DNA from: Octopus vulgaris
Lineage: Eukaryota
DNA length: 64,000 nt
Reading direction: 5' to 3'
Assembly (NCBI GenBank): GCA_951406725.2
Contig: OX597835.1
Coordinates: forward strand, 43,338,001 to 43,402,000
The notes below the pieces were generated by a model that was given only the letters and a program-made list of their open reading frames with translations, was not told the DNA's origin and searched no databases. The position numbers and the translations under genes were made by a program. Numbering within the stretch: the first letter of the stretch is position 1; each line of letters begins with the position of its first letter. Shown here piece by piece: positions 39,601-52,643 of this stretch.

Positions 39601-39897
39601 TTACTTGTCAGCGATAAATGGGGAAGGTACCAGGTGGTCGTGGGATGTGCTGGAAACACCAGCTAAAATCTCTCTCCCTTAAATCATATAAACCTTTTCG
39701 TCTAAAAATTATTTTGAAATTATAAACAGAAACAAATAAGGTTCTGACTGTCCGTAGAAAAAGTGGGAGTTTGGGATTGGATGGGGGGGGGGTGAAAAAA
39801 AAAAGCCTTTTTGCATAAAATCGTTACGATTGAGTGTAAAACACATTCGTAAAAACTTTCTGAAAATTTCAAAAAATTAAATGATGGGGTTTGTGTG

Positions 39898-40214
39898 GGT
39901 ACTACTAGCGAACAGTGGTCCCGGTGCGCGCACACGCGCTAGCTAGTCGTAAGTAGTCGATCCTACAAACGACTTTTTAACACTAACCCTAAACCTGATT
40001 TTTTAACCCTAACCCTAGTTTCTTTATAAAAATAATTTATTTCGTTTAAAAAATTCTTTACTTTGCGTTTTATTTACTTTGTTCGAAAAATTTTATTTAA
40101 TTTTCTTTGATATGGATTCAGCCTTGAAATACAAACAGGCGCAGGTCGTTGTAGGATCGACTACTTACGACTAGCTAACGCGGATGCGCGTACCGGGACC
40201 ACTGTTCGCTGGTA

Positions 40215-40219
<5 letters not shown>
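39898..40219. mobile_element. Merlin-like MITE with ~75-bp TIRs
   Basis: GGTACTAC.AGCGAACAGTGGTCCCGGT termini; TSD GTTTGTGTG on both sides. Confidence 0.85.
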
Positions 40220-40267
<48 letters not shown>

Positions 40268-40411
40268 TCGAAGATGGGAGGATGATTTGAAGATTTGGCT
40301 GCTATTTTTAGCAAATCCACATACTTTCGAGAGTGAGAAAGGCTTGAATAATATAAGAGTGGAAACGAAAGATTGAAGTTGACTCAAGGAGACACTCAAA
40401 GAGTGAAAACT

Positions 40412-40470
<59 letters not shown>

Positions 40471-41464
40471 GGGAGAGAGAGAGAGAGAGGCAGCCCTCAA
40501 GAAGAAGAGATAAAGAGTATAAAAGTACGAATTGTATGTGTGTGTTTGTGTGTCTGTGTGTGTTTGTGTGTGTGTGTTTATGTGTGTGTTTGTGTGTGTG
40601 TCTGTCTGTGTGTGTTTATGTGTCTGTGTGTGTGTGTGTGTGAAGAGTACAAAATGAGAGACAAATAGAGTAAGGAAAATGTTCTGAGAAATGAGAAGCT
40701 AGAAAATGCTGAAGAGATATGGAAGCAAGTTTAAATGAATGGGAGAAAAGATGTCAGTGATGAAGAATGAGAATTAGAAAAAAGCAGGAAAGATGTTAGT
40801 CAGTTAAGAAGACGTAAGTGAAAGGTAATAATGGAAGCAGAACAGAGATGGGCGTGTCACCCATCCCTTGATGCTGAGACACGAACAAGGATGCGATGCT
40901 GTGTTGTCCATCAGGAGAGCCATGTGGGCAATTTAATAGCAGTTTCTTTTTACAAAAGAGGGAGGAAGGGTCAATGAGTTTTTGGCTGAGGAAATAAATT
41001 ACAGGTTTTTTAATATATTTATCTTTCTTTCAACGAACTTCCTAGTAACTTTTTAGTTGTCTTTCATATATTATTTGCAGGATCAAGGTATATTATGATC
41101 CTTTATATAAGTTTTGGATTTTAATTTTAATTCACCTGAAGAAAATTGGTGTGTTTTCTTTTTTTCATGATGTAATTGATTAGTTAATCACTAAATTAAA
41201 AAACCTCGTCTGAAATAGCCCTAGACCATATGTGTGATTGGCTTGAAAAATTAAAACACTGGGATATTTTCCTAGTTTAGTCTACATAAAACCAATGGTA
41301 GCCTGAACTCGCAAATGAAGAAATTATATTCACCAATTCGGTGTTGAGCACTCATTTTCACCGATCAACAAAGCGAGAAGACTCGAAACTGGAAAATTAT
41401 ATATAAACATAGTAAATGCGGTGCTCCTACATGGCCGCAGTCTAATGACAGAAACAAGATATAC

Positions 41465-41524
<60 letters not shown>

Positions 41525-44500
41525 AATACACACAGCACACACGTGTGTTAAAGTGCGACTTCGTTTCTCAGGGTCTGGTCATTATCCTATCGAATGCTCT
41601 CTTGGAAAGTGTGGGTGTGTAGTGTTAGGTGTATATAGTGTGTGAATGTTTCCTCCAGTGATGTATATACAGATAATCACATTCAACGATTAGCACAAAA
41701 TCAAAGAGATGAATGTTTATACTTTTTTATTTACAAGATATCCTACACCATTATTTTAACATAGACAAGGTGTATGTGCGAACAAATGTGTGTATATATA
41801 TATACATACATATATATACACACACGTTATTCACACACATTAAACACGTATTCTAACACACATCATACACGCGCTCACACTTATACACATAGACATATAT
41901 ACACATATATACCTAAATATATATACACAAGTACACGCACATACTTAAATACACACATCATACATACATACATACACACACGCGTGAGTATAATTAGCAT
42001 ATGCGGGTGTTCAATAGAGGAGCCAAAGTCAAGCAATGTTCAATGATGGAACTGCTTTAAATAATGTCTAACATGTGTTTAATGATATATATATATATAT
42101 ATATATACACACGCGCACAGAGCAGAGTCATACAATAGACAGCTAGTTTAGTAGTATATCGGTGATATTAACTACTACCACCGATACTACTACTACTAGT
42201 TCACTTCCAGTAGCTGCTACCCCCACAGACAGGGCAGTTTGCCAAAGTCGAGAAGTTCTCTTATCTACCGTCTTTTATGGCGCTACCAGAACACCATCGC
42301 CACTGCCACCTACTACACTATCACCTTCACAAGCACTACCACCACCACCACCACCCCAAGGCCTAGTCACTCGATCTACTAAGAATAACAGCTAAAGCAC
42401 ACGACCCTCATAAAAGTAAAGAACACTCAAGATATTTAATCCTATCTACAACGTACATAGAATTATGTACCCACAAAGGTGGGATGGCCATGCCAGGATC
42501 GTCGTTAATCCTACGTCTACTCATGCAAGACTGACCTGTGGTTAAACAACACTAACCACAACCATCAACCAGGATATGAACTAACGGGAGAAAAAAAAAA
42601 GATCACATGGTGGTAATTGACCTGTTAGAAATAGCAGTTAAATGTCCCTCGTACACACGTTGGATGAGGTTTCCGGACCGGTGGTTAAACTGCAACGCTA
42701 TTTACCCACCACACAGATCATGGTATGAAGCAACGGTGGTTTGACCTGGTAGAGAAATAGCAGCCAAATTTCCCTCCAATCACACGTTGGATGAAAGGGA
42801 TTTTGGGTTGGCGGGACTGTCTGATCATAGGTCTGTCTGCCTGATCCGGGTTGACCAAGGGCTGAACAAAGGAACCACCACCAACACCATCGACCTATCA
42901 ACACACACACACACATGTATGACACCAATAAGCTATAAACAAATATATATTAACAACACGTGCTTTACGCAGTACAAATTATTTTACTATTATTAAACTA
43001 CACTTTTACATACACACCCACCTTATGTGAAATGTGGGTGTGTATCTAGAAAGTGTTCTTTCGAGTGCGTATATAGTAATAGAGAAGAGTGTCGAGAAGA
43101 GAAGAGACAAGGAAGGAGAGAGAGAGAGAAAGGGAAAGACAGAGGAAAGAGAGAAAGTGAGAAATGGCGAGAGACGAATGGGAAAGACAAAGGGATTCAG
43201 ACAGAAAATGAGAGACAAAGAGAGAAAGGCTAAGAAGGAGATGAGAGGGGGAAAAGAAAGAGTAAGAGATTAAGACAATGTCAGAGCGAGAGAGAGAGAG
43301 AAAGTGAGAAAGAAAGAGATTAAGTGAGAGAGAAAAAGAGATAGAGAGAGTGAGGAAAAGACAAAGAGACAGAAAAGGACAAAGAAAAAGAGGCTGGGAA
43401 AGAAGGACAAAGATGATGAGAAAGAGAGAAATGTAGACATGAGGTTTGGTTGTTGGATTTGGTCTCCACAACACATAATTAATTAATAATTAATAATAAT
43501 TAACAGAGAGTAAATTAGCAGCGAAATGAAGAAGAGTCCAGAGGAGAATAAATCTATATTGGAAAAGCAAGCCAAGGAATTGTACGCAGATAAGGCTGAG
43601 GTTTATAGACAAAGAAAATATATACACACACACAGAGTGGGTGTGGACAGTTTAGTATGTATGTATATATATATAATATATATGTATATATATATACAGT
43701 GTGGCGTTAAGACAAAAGAATAGACGTATGTGTGTATGTATATAATGCACACACACACATTTATATACACAGGCGATGTTACGGTTCTAGTATATTTGCC
43801 TATACACACACGTGTGTATATATTATTCGCACATGGAGATATTTGTGTATTATATAGATAACTGTAACTTTCCTTTTTTCCCCCCACATGTGGACCACAA
43901 CAATATAATATAATTCTGCTTATTATATACCACTCACATGTATGTATATTATACAATATTTCTACACATGCACAGGCAATATATATACATATATATAGAT
44001 GGATGGATGGATGGATAATGCATGTTGGTGGGTAGATTTTCAGTGAGTATATAATCTCGGTGTATGTATACATACATATATATATATATATATATACATA
44101 CATACATACATGCCCTTTCGTCTCGCATGGTGACAAGACTACATACAATAATGGTAAGGCACCAACTGACCAGCCAGGATCTCTGCTGGTGCCGAGAGAA
44201 AAGACAAGACCAAAAAATGGTAAGGTGAAACAATGGAACACTGAACGGTGCTAAGAAAAATAGTGAAGAGTCTGGGTAAAGTAGGATTTATTCTAAGAGG
44301 TCTGAGACAAATCAGGTCTTAACTGTTAGGAGAATTATTTGGGAGAGGAGAGTTGGAATAAGGGGCTTTGATATCAGAATAAGCAGATCGAAAACAGATC
44401 ATTTTATAGACATACGAGCACACACACACACAATATATATACATATGTGTGTGTATATATATATATGTATGTATATTTATGTGCACACACGCTTTGTAAA

Positions 44501-44742
44501 TACCTACGTATATGTAGTTATAGGTTATATTATAGTTATGTAAAATATGGTTTGAATGAACGTGTGTCGACATGCAAAGGTTATAGAATTCTTAATTAAT
44601 ACAAAATCACAGATGATTATATATAATAGGCGATCTTTAATATATATGCACACACACACTCACACCTCGATGTGTATATACATATACACCTCGAGGTGTG
44701 TATAAGTACGTTTGTAGGTAGGTAGGTAACAATAAAACTTAC

Positions 44743-45379
44743 CAGTATGTGTTCGTAGGTGAGTTTTGAGGTGACTGTTCTTTGTGTATTTTTTTCCACA
44801 ATTAGGCACATGGCATACATGTACCCGTTTGGGGCCAGCTGCCTTTCGGCCCTTGAGGGGATGAACTGTTTCTGAATCAACAACACTGGTGGGAGCGGGA
44901 ATAAAGTCCGAAGGAGGGGTAAAGATCATTGGAAGATACTGTTGTTGTTGATTTGACATTGGGGGTACATTTTCTGTAGAAAGTCCACGGGAAACTGGCG
45001 ACAGTTTCCGCCGCTTCCGTTGTCGGGATGGATCACCTATCAAAACGGTTCCACCCTGCATTAAAGCATTGTTTTCGGTTAGATTTCTAGAATTCACTTT
45101 TACTCTTTTACTCGGTTTCATGACTGGTAAAGCAGGTCTTCTCTTCAGAGTCTGTCTGAGGCCGGCAAATTTACATTCTAACTCAGGGGTTACTTGGTAA
45201 TCGTCTCGGACATATTCTTGCAAGTGGCCATCTTTCTGAAGTTTCATGATTTCGTCCCGATGCAAGAATGTATTGTGTTTCATATCGCACAGCTGGCTCG
45301 CGGCCACAATCATTTCTTCGATATCTCGGGGGATATCGACCGGACGGACGGTATCTAAGTTTTTAGATTGGGGTGACAT
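44743..45379 (-). CDS. KLF: Kruppel-like factor coding exon 1 (SID-like helix, basic NLS-like patch, zinc finger 1)
   Basis: ATG at 45379 (MSPQSK...), IVAASQLCDM resembling the KLF9/13 Sin3-interaction motif, RQRKRRK, and the finger CHVPNCGKKYTKNSHLKTHLRTHT. Ends at donor G|GTAAGT (phase 1); 637 nt. Confidence 0.9.
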
Positions 45380-45593
45380 TGTTTTCCGTTTTATATTTTT
45401 ATTCTTCTCTCTATCTCTCTTCGTGTGTCTGTGAATGTTTTTTAAGCAAGGGTCGACGAAGGGCGGCTGCGAGGTAGAAAAGAGAAAAATATGACAAGAT
45501 GGTTCAACGTGGGTGGTGACAGGTAAAAATGAATGATGTAGTTGGCGGAGGAAAGGAGCCGCACAGCCATTCACAAGCCAGTAGTCATTCTCC

Positions 45594-45720
45594 AACTAAC
45601 GAAATTCTAACCAAGCAACTCTTATATATGCCTGCCTGACTGCTGCTGATTGCTCAAACTAAAAGCGCGCCATTCCAAAAGGGTCAGTTAGTGTTGGGCG
45701 TGTCTTCAGATGGGTGGTCA
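45594..45720 (-). promoter_or_regulatory. Core promoter of the KLF gene: TATA box, Inr-like start site and GC/GT box
   Basis: TATATAAG at 45628-45621; Inr-like TTAGTT with its A at 45597, 31 nt from the first T of the TATA; TGGGCGTGTC at 45695-45704. Confidence 0.6.
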
Positions 45721-46985
45721 CCCCTCTTCACAAACCATCCGGCTTTAGGACTCAAACAAAACAATAACTAACGAAAATTTTAAATACAAAATATACACAC
45801 ACTCAACGTGAAATGTTTCCTATCAACATTTAGTCACTGACATTATTCAAGGTGAATAAAGTTAAAAGAAAAATACAAAACGAAAACCGCGAAGTTTTGT
45901 TCTACGTAGTTTTTTGTTGCTAATAACTTGTTTTTTTTTGCAGGCTAAATTCTGTGGAAATCTTTATGAATTGACAGTTTTAGATATTTTTCATATCATA
46001 GAATATTTTCAAGAAAAACTTAAAGCATGGGTTTTGAGTGTGTGCGTTATTTGTAAAATCGGATCATCTCTAACAATAGACTTCTGTCCTGCATCGGTGA
46101 GTGAGGTGACATAGCAACAGAGGACTTGCAAATACACACACACACATATATACATACATACATACATACATACATACATACATACATACGCTCGCGCATA
46201 ATTATACATATATATATATATATATAGTGTGTATGAATGTGTGAGTGTTGCTACGAATGTGTGTGAGTACACGTATTTTGTGCATGTGTATATATATATA
46301 TATATATATATACATACACAAAATATACACATGCATGTGTGTATATATTTGTTTACAAACTCATGCGAACAACAATGAGTCATAGAAAAGTTTTTATTTA
46401 TATTTTAATAGCAAGAATAAATTCCTCTGCTTATTTATAGAATTAAATTTAATATTTCTAATGAGAGCCAAAGTTTTTTTTCAAGATATAGGGAGGACTA
46501 TAGAGGTAGTAAAAAAGGGCCTGTGTGTGCGGGTGTATATAGAGGTGTGCGTAGAGTGTGTATGAATGTGTGAGTGTTGGTACGAACGTGTGTGAGTACA
46601 TGTATTAAGTGAGAGTGTATGTGTGTGTATATGTATGAATTTATGTACGCATGTGTATGTAGAAGTATGTGTGCAAATAGATGTGTAAGTCATGTATGTA
46701 TAAAGTGTGTGTGTGTGTGTATGAATATGCGTGTGTATGACTGTATGCATGCATGCTAGATATATAATGAGAGAGGGGGTGTGGCTTAGTTACAGCTGGA
46801 GTCAGAAGAGGGCGGGAACAACAACATACATTTACATTACATTAAGAAAGTTGACAGACACAAAACAGAGACAGAGAATGGAAACCTAATAACATCGTCA
46901 ATATTTTTCTATTAACGACCTCCTTAATCGATAAATTTTACTATCAATAGAAAAAGTTAACCAGTCTTACTTGTTTATTGTCTTT

Positions 46986-47134
46986 GTAGTCCCAAACTCA
47001 GCTCTTCCAACCGTGACCGTCCCGGTCTTTTTTGATAAGTATTTTAGGACAGGCGTGACAGTATTGTTGCAAGTTTAGTTTCCCAACGACATAGCTACGA
47101 GTTCAGTCCCTGCATGGCACCTTGAACAAGGGTC

Positions 47135-47170
<36 letters not shown>

Positions 47171-47339
47171 CACTATGGCCCCGGGTCTTAGTAGTCCCAA
47201 AGTCAGCTCTCCAACCGTGACCGTCCCGGTCTTTTTTAATAAGTATTTTAGGACAGGCGTGACAGTATATTGTTGCAAGTTTAGTTTCCCAACGACATAG
47301 CTACGAGTTCAGTCCCTGCATGGCACCTTGGACAAGGGT

Positions 47340-47391
<52 letters not shown>

Positions 47392-47406
47392 CACTATGGC
47401 CCCGGG
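46986..47406. repeat. Tandem duplication, ~205-bp period, including a SINE A head and (CTA)n
   Basis: GTAGTCCCAAA starts at 46986 and again at 47191. Confidence 0.9.
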
Positions 47407-48351
47407 GCCGACTAAAGCCTTGTAAGCGGATTTGGTCGGCGGAAAGTGAAAAAAAGCCCGTCTAATACATTTATATTTCTGTGTGTGAGTGTATTTGTCC
47501 CCCACCACTGCTTCACAACCAGTGATGGTTTGTTTGTGTCTCCGTAACTTAGCGGTTCGTCAAAAAGAGACAGAATAAGTTACCCAGCATTATAAAAGTA
47601 TTGGGATCGATTTGTGCGACTAAACCCTCCCGGGGCAGTGCCCCGGCGTGGATGAAACAAGTAAAAATGATGTGTCCAATCCGTCATTTTAGACCAGCCA
47701 TGAAGGGCAAACTGCGGCCCGGGATATTCCGGGTGGCATACTTAGACGAAAATTATCTTTTTCTTTCTTTTCTTTTTTTTTATGTAGCAGGTGTGGCTGT
47801 GTGGTATGAAGTCTGTTTCCCAACCACATGGTTCCAGGTTCACTCCCACTGTGTCTCCTGTAGTGTCAGGCCGACCAAGTGTCTCCTACTGTAGTCTCAG
47901 ACCAACCAAAGCCTTGCAAATGGATTTCGTAAACGGAAACTGAAAGAAGCCCGTCGTATATCTATGTGTGTGTCTGTCTTTATCCCCACCACTAGACAAC
48001 CGGTGTTGGTATGTTTACATCCCCATAACTTAGCAGCTCGACAAAAGAGTGACAGAATAAGCACCACACTTAACAAGAAGTACTGGGATTGATTCAATCA
48101 ACTAAGAATTCAAGGCAGTGCCCCAGCATGGCCACAGTATAACGACTGAAACAAAAGTTAAGTGTTGTGAAGCCCACCTAATGAGTCAAGTCTCGTGTGA
48201 CCCACTTCTCATAAATCTCTCATAGTATTTGTCTATGGTTTCTTGCCACTGTTAATTAGTACAATTTGGTTCTATACAGCATCAAAGAGAATCTTGAGAA
48301 GCAAATTATGTCTCCAGGTATATCTATCTAGCACCAGGTATCAAAATATAA

Positions 48352-48770
48352 AAAGCGGCGAGCTGGCAGAATCGTTAGCACGCCGGGCGAAATGCGTACC
48401 TGTATTTCGTCTGCCGTTACGTTGTGAGTTCAAATTCCGCTGAAGTCGACTTTGCCTTTCATCCTTTCAGGATCGATAAATTAAGTACGAGTTATGCACT
48501 GGGGTTGATGTAATCGACTTAATACCTATGTCTGTCCTTGTTTGTCCCCTCTGTGTTTAGCCCCTTGTGGGTAGTAAAGAAATAGGTATTTTGTCTGCCG
48601 TTACGTTCTGAGTTCAAATTCCGCCGAGGTCGACTTTGCCTTTCATCCTTTCGGGGTCGATAAATTAAGTACCAGTTATGCACTGGGGTCGATGTAATCG
48701 ACTTAATACCTATGTCTGTCCTTGTTTGTCCCCTCTGTGTTTAGCCCCTTGTGGGTAATAAAGAAATAGG
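48352..48770 (+). mobile_element. SINE family B with tandem duplication of its 3' ~185 bp
   Basis: Body repeated at ~48400-48585 and ~48586-48770. Confidence 0.85.
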
Positions 48771-50849
48771 TATCAATTGGAAAGAATGCGTTTCAGTGTT
48801 AATGCTTTACCGACATCTATGTGAATTACTCTTCACTGCCTTCCATTGTATCAAGTTTGAAAATGGCAAGATACCGAGCGACAGAAGGACGAAAACTCTG
48901 AGTTACATTTCATAGATTTCCTCCCGGCTGATTTTTCTCTTGATTTCACGTTTTTCTCATCATGTCATCTAACCTTGTCGAGGGACTGAAACAAGCAAAG
49001 CTCTTTCCTCTTCATCTACTTTGATGCTGTTGATTCCAACAAATCCAGATTCCCTCTGCTGCATCAAACTTAGAATATTCTGACAGAATCTGAGCCAAAT
49101 CCAACACATTTCTGGTCAATTTGTGTGGCACTTAACACTTTAGCATTTAAACTAGTCATGTTTGATCCAAATATTGTTATTTCTTTATTGCCCACAAGGT
49201 ACTACACACAGAGGGGACGAACAAGGACAGACAAACGGATTAAGTCGATTATATCAACCCCAGTGCGTAACTGGTACTTAATTTATCGGCCCCGAAAGGA
49301 TGAAAGGCAAAATCGACCTCAGCGGAATTTGAACTCAGAACATAGCAGCAGACAAAATACTGCTAAGCATTTCACCCGGTTTGCTAACGTTTCTGCCAGC
49401 TCGCTACCTTTGATCCAAATATTCTACCTGTTTTATGTTCAAACTGGTTAATTCTGGCCTCTCACACCTACCCTACAATGTCATTCTAAAAATAAACAAC
49501 CATATTGTCGAAATCCCAAAGCTAATAGCTAAACACATGGTTAATTCAAAACAATGTGAATAAATAAGCCTTAACTGAGTAATTTGAATACTAAATGGAA
49601 TAAATAATCTGAAAACTAAATGGTTAACTCTAAAACATTTAAACCTACCCTAATTCTCCCTGTGTTATATTCAAAGTTAAGTCAAAGATTAAGTTCAAGA
49701 TTTAATAAATGTATCTTATTACAATTATTGGTGGCTTTGACTTATGAAAAGTGGTGGAAATGGCACCACAATGTTTACTATCGACTGTTGGTTTGTTTAC
49801 AAACATGGCCATCCCATTTATACACACTTATCTTTATTGAGGTCAGCATCACTGACATTTGTGGTTAAGTTACAAAATATTAATTACTCTGGGTAGAAGT
49901 TTAGTAAGAGATACATTTACAGTTCATTTTACAAGGCATTGAAAGCATCTGAATCACCTCTAGCCACTTACCCTTACCATAACCGGTTTCATATTTAAAC
50001 TGGTCATATCCAGCCTCTCATACCTGTCCTGCAATGTCGTTCAAAATGAAACAATCACATCATCAAAATCTCAAAGCTACAAGATAATGTGTGGTTAATT
50101 CAAAACAATGTGAATTAATAAGCTGTACATTTGAAAGAGTTAATCTGAATGCTAAAGGTTTAAGTGAAGCAGGGACATCACCAATTTCCAGCCCCATTTT
50201 CCATTTCTTTTTTTTTTTTTTTCCACATTTTGTAGATTGGATCTTCTTTCTTTTTCCGTTGACTCTCTTAACATTGCATTTAGTTAGGAACCTAACTTGA
50301 ACTTGCATCTGCAAAATTTGACAAAATCAGTTGAAATGATGCACCAATCAACTTAACACTTTAGCATTTAAACTAGTCATATTTGATCCAAATATTGTTA
50401 TTTCTTTATTGCCCACAAGGGGCTAAACATAGAGGGGATAAACAAGGACAGACAAAGGGATTAAGTCGATTACATCGACCCCAGTGCGTAACTGGTACTT
50501 AATTTATCAACCCTGAAAGGATGAAAGGTAAAGTCGACCTCAGAACATAATCAACTTAAGTTATCAGTTAAAACTTGTTACATTGCTGAACTGAGAGAGA
50601 GAGAGACAGACAGACAGACAGATAAATGGAGAAAGAATATGAGAGAGAGAAAAAATGGATAAAGCAAAAGAGAAACAGATAAGGTGAAAGAGAGAGGTAG
50701 AATTTGAGAGAGATAAATGGAGAAGAAAAAGAGAATATGAGAGAGAAATGGATGAGAGAGAGAGAGAGAGAGACAATGAATTGACACCAATAACGGGTTT
50801 TTGGTGCTTTTTTGCCCCAGCATTAAGTAACTTGCTATCCACTTGGAAC

Positions 50850-51450
50850 TGGTCAACAGGTTTCTTTCACTCAAGCAGTAGCTGCACAGCAAGAACAAAT
50901 TTCCATGGGTTACAATGATTTTTACCATTTTTCAAACAATGCCAGTATCATGATTTCAATGCAAAACCATTGCTGTACAATCAGATTCCAACCTATTAAA
51001 CATGAAACGAAAAGCAATGGAGACGATGAAGGCAAAGTGTTCTTGTTGATGGATTTACCTGACATGGGTTTCAGCAGTGCCATTTGTAGGGTGTATGCTG
51101 CAAATGCCAGTTTCCATGAATGCTTCTGTCTACAACTTCTTTGTAAAATGGGAGTTTCAAGTTTATTCCAAGACCTTTAAAGGATCAACAGTAAAGTTTG
51201 CATCTCCTTCAGAGAGAGACATACTTTAGGCCTGCATTGCAGGAGAAAGATGTTCTTTGAGATGCAGGATAACCATAAGCTTCTGTGTCTCAGGCAGCCA
51301 AGAGTCTGTAAACCATCGAATCTGCTTCAGCTCAAGTCTTGTGACAACCTCACCAAAAATTCCAAGCTTTAAGTTCAACAGTTGTACCCCAGCAGGAAAA
51401 TAGGATTTACAGGTAAAATATGTGTAAAAAAATCTCACTAACTATACTAC
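50850..51450 (+). pseudogene. Helitron RepHel remnant (region upstream of the helicase domain)
   Basis: AICRVYAANASFHECFCLQLLCKMGVSSLFQDL*RINSKVCISFRE resembles the Helitron IGRVY..P...E.FYLRLLL..V.GP.SF.DLR.VNG....FRE pattern. Confidence 0.6.
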
Positions 51451-51559
51451 CTCTACCACTAATATATATTTTTTAAGAAGCTAACTGGCTAATCGCAACA
51501 CCAGTGCCTCTTCTGGCGCTGTTTGTCTACATATCACTGGTGAGAATAAGAGTCACTGC

Positions 51560-51755
51560 TATCTCTAGCGGCCGAGTGGCCATCACCGAGAAGATCAAGG
51601 AAGATTGAAGTCATGTGATTTGGTGATCTCATTGCTGGAATTGGTGGAGGTGGTTATCTCTAGCGGCCGAGTGGCCATTGCCGAGAAGGTCAAGGAACAT
51701 TGAAGTCATGTGATTTGGTGGTCTCATTGCTGGAATTGGTGGGGGTGGTTATCTC
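51560..51755. repeat. 95-bp tandem duplication
   Basis: TATCTC at 51560, 51655 and 51750, with two near-identical units between. Confidence 0.9.
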
Positions 51756-52221
51756 CCTGCTGGCAATATTGACAAACAAGCGTGTATTCTGCACCAAAAG
51801 TCTATATGAGAGTTTCTTTCTTGGGAAATACCACAGTAAATCTTGTTTTAACAGAACATCCACATTTAATTGAGGAAAAAAAAACTATATAATGCTGTCC
51901 TCATTAACAAGCTCAACGATATAAGTGAGCAAGAACATAAAAAACAGCCTCTTTCGACCTTAGCAACACTGAAGTCAGTTATCTGACAACAGAAAAAGCA
52001 TCATACATATTAATGGTGACGCAATAACAAGTATTAATGACAAAAGACGCGATATCGCAACTGTGTGGTTGAGAAACTTGTTTCCCAAACAAGTAGCCTG
52101 GGGCTCAAATGTCTTCTACTATAGCTCCCTCTGGCTAACCAAAGCCTTGTGAGTGGATATGGTTGATGGAAACTGAAAGAAGCCTGTTGTATATGCATAA
52201 GAAAAATTGATGATAAGGGAA

Positions 52222-52436
52222 TACTCTTTTACTTGTTTCAGTCATTTGACTGAGGCCATGCTGGAGCACTGCCTTTAGTCGAGCAAATCGACCCCGGGAC
52301 TTATTCTTTGTAAGCCCTGTACTTATTCTATTGGGCTCTTTTGCCGAACTGCTGAGTGACAGGGACGTAAACACACCAGCATCGGTTGTCAAGCAATGCA
52401 AGAGGGACAAACACAGACACACAAACATATACATGC

Positions 52437-52479
<43 letters not shown>

Positions 52480-52643
52480 TACGACAGGCTTCTTTCAGTT
52501 TCCGTCTACCAAATCCACTCACAAGGCTTTGGTCGGCCCGAGGCTATAGTAGAAACACTTACCCAAGGTTCCACGCAGTGGGACTGAACCCAGAACCATG
52601 TGGTTGGTTAGCAAGCTACTTACCACACAGCCACTCCTGCACC
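52222..52643 (-). mobile_element. SINE family A, full length
   Basis: Consensus match. Confidence 0.85.

Noticed and set aside
45380-45595. N-terminal 72 aa of the 311-aa track ORF, and its tail at 44660-44742
   Set aside because: It starts at a TTG at the predicted TSS and reads as 5' UTR; the tail lies beyond the splice donor.
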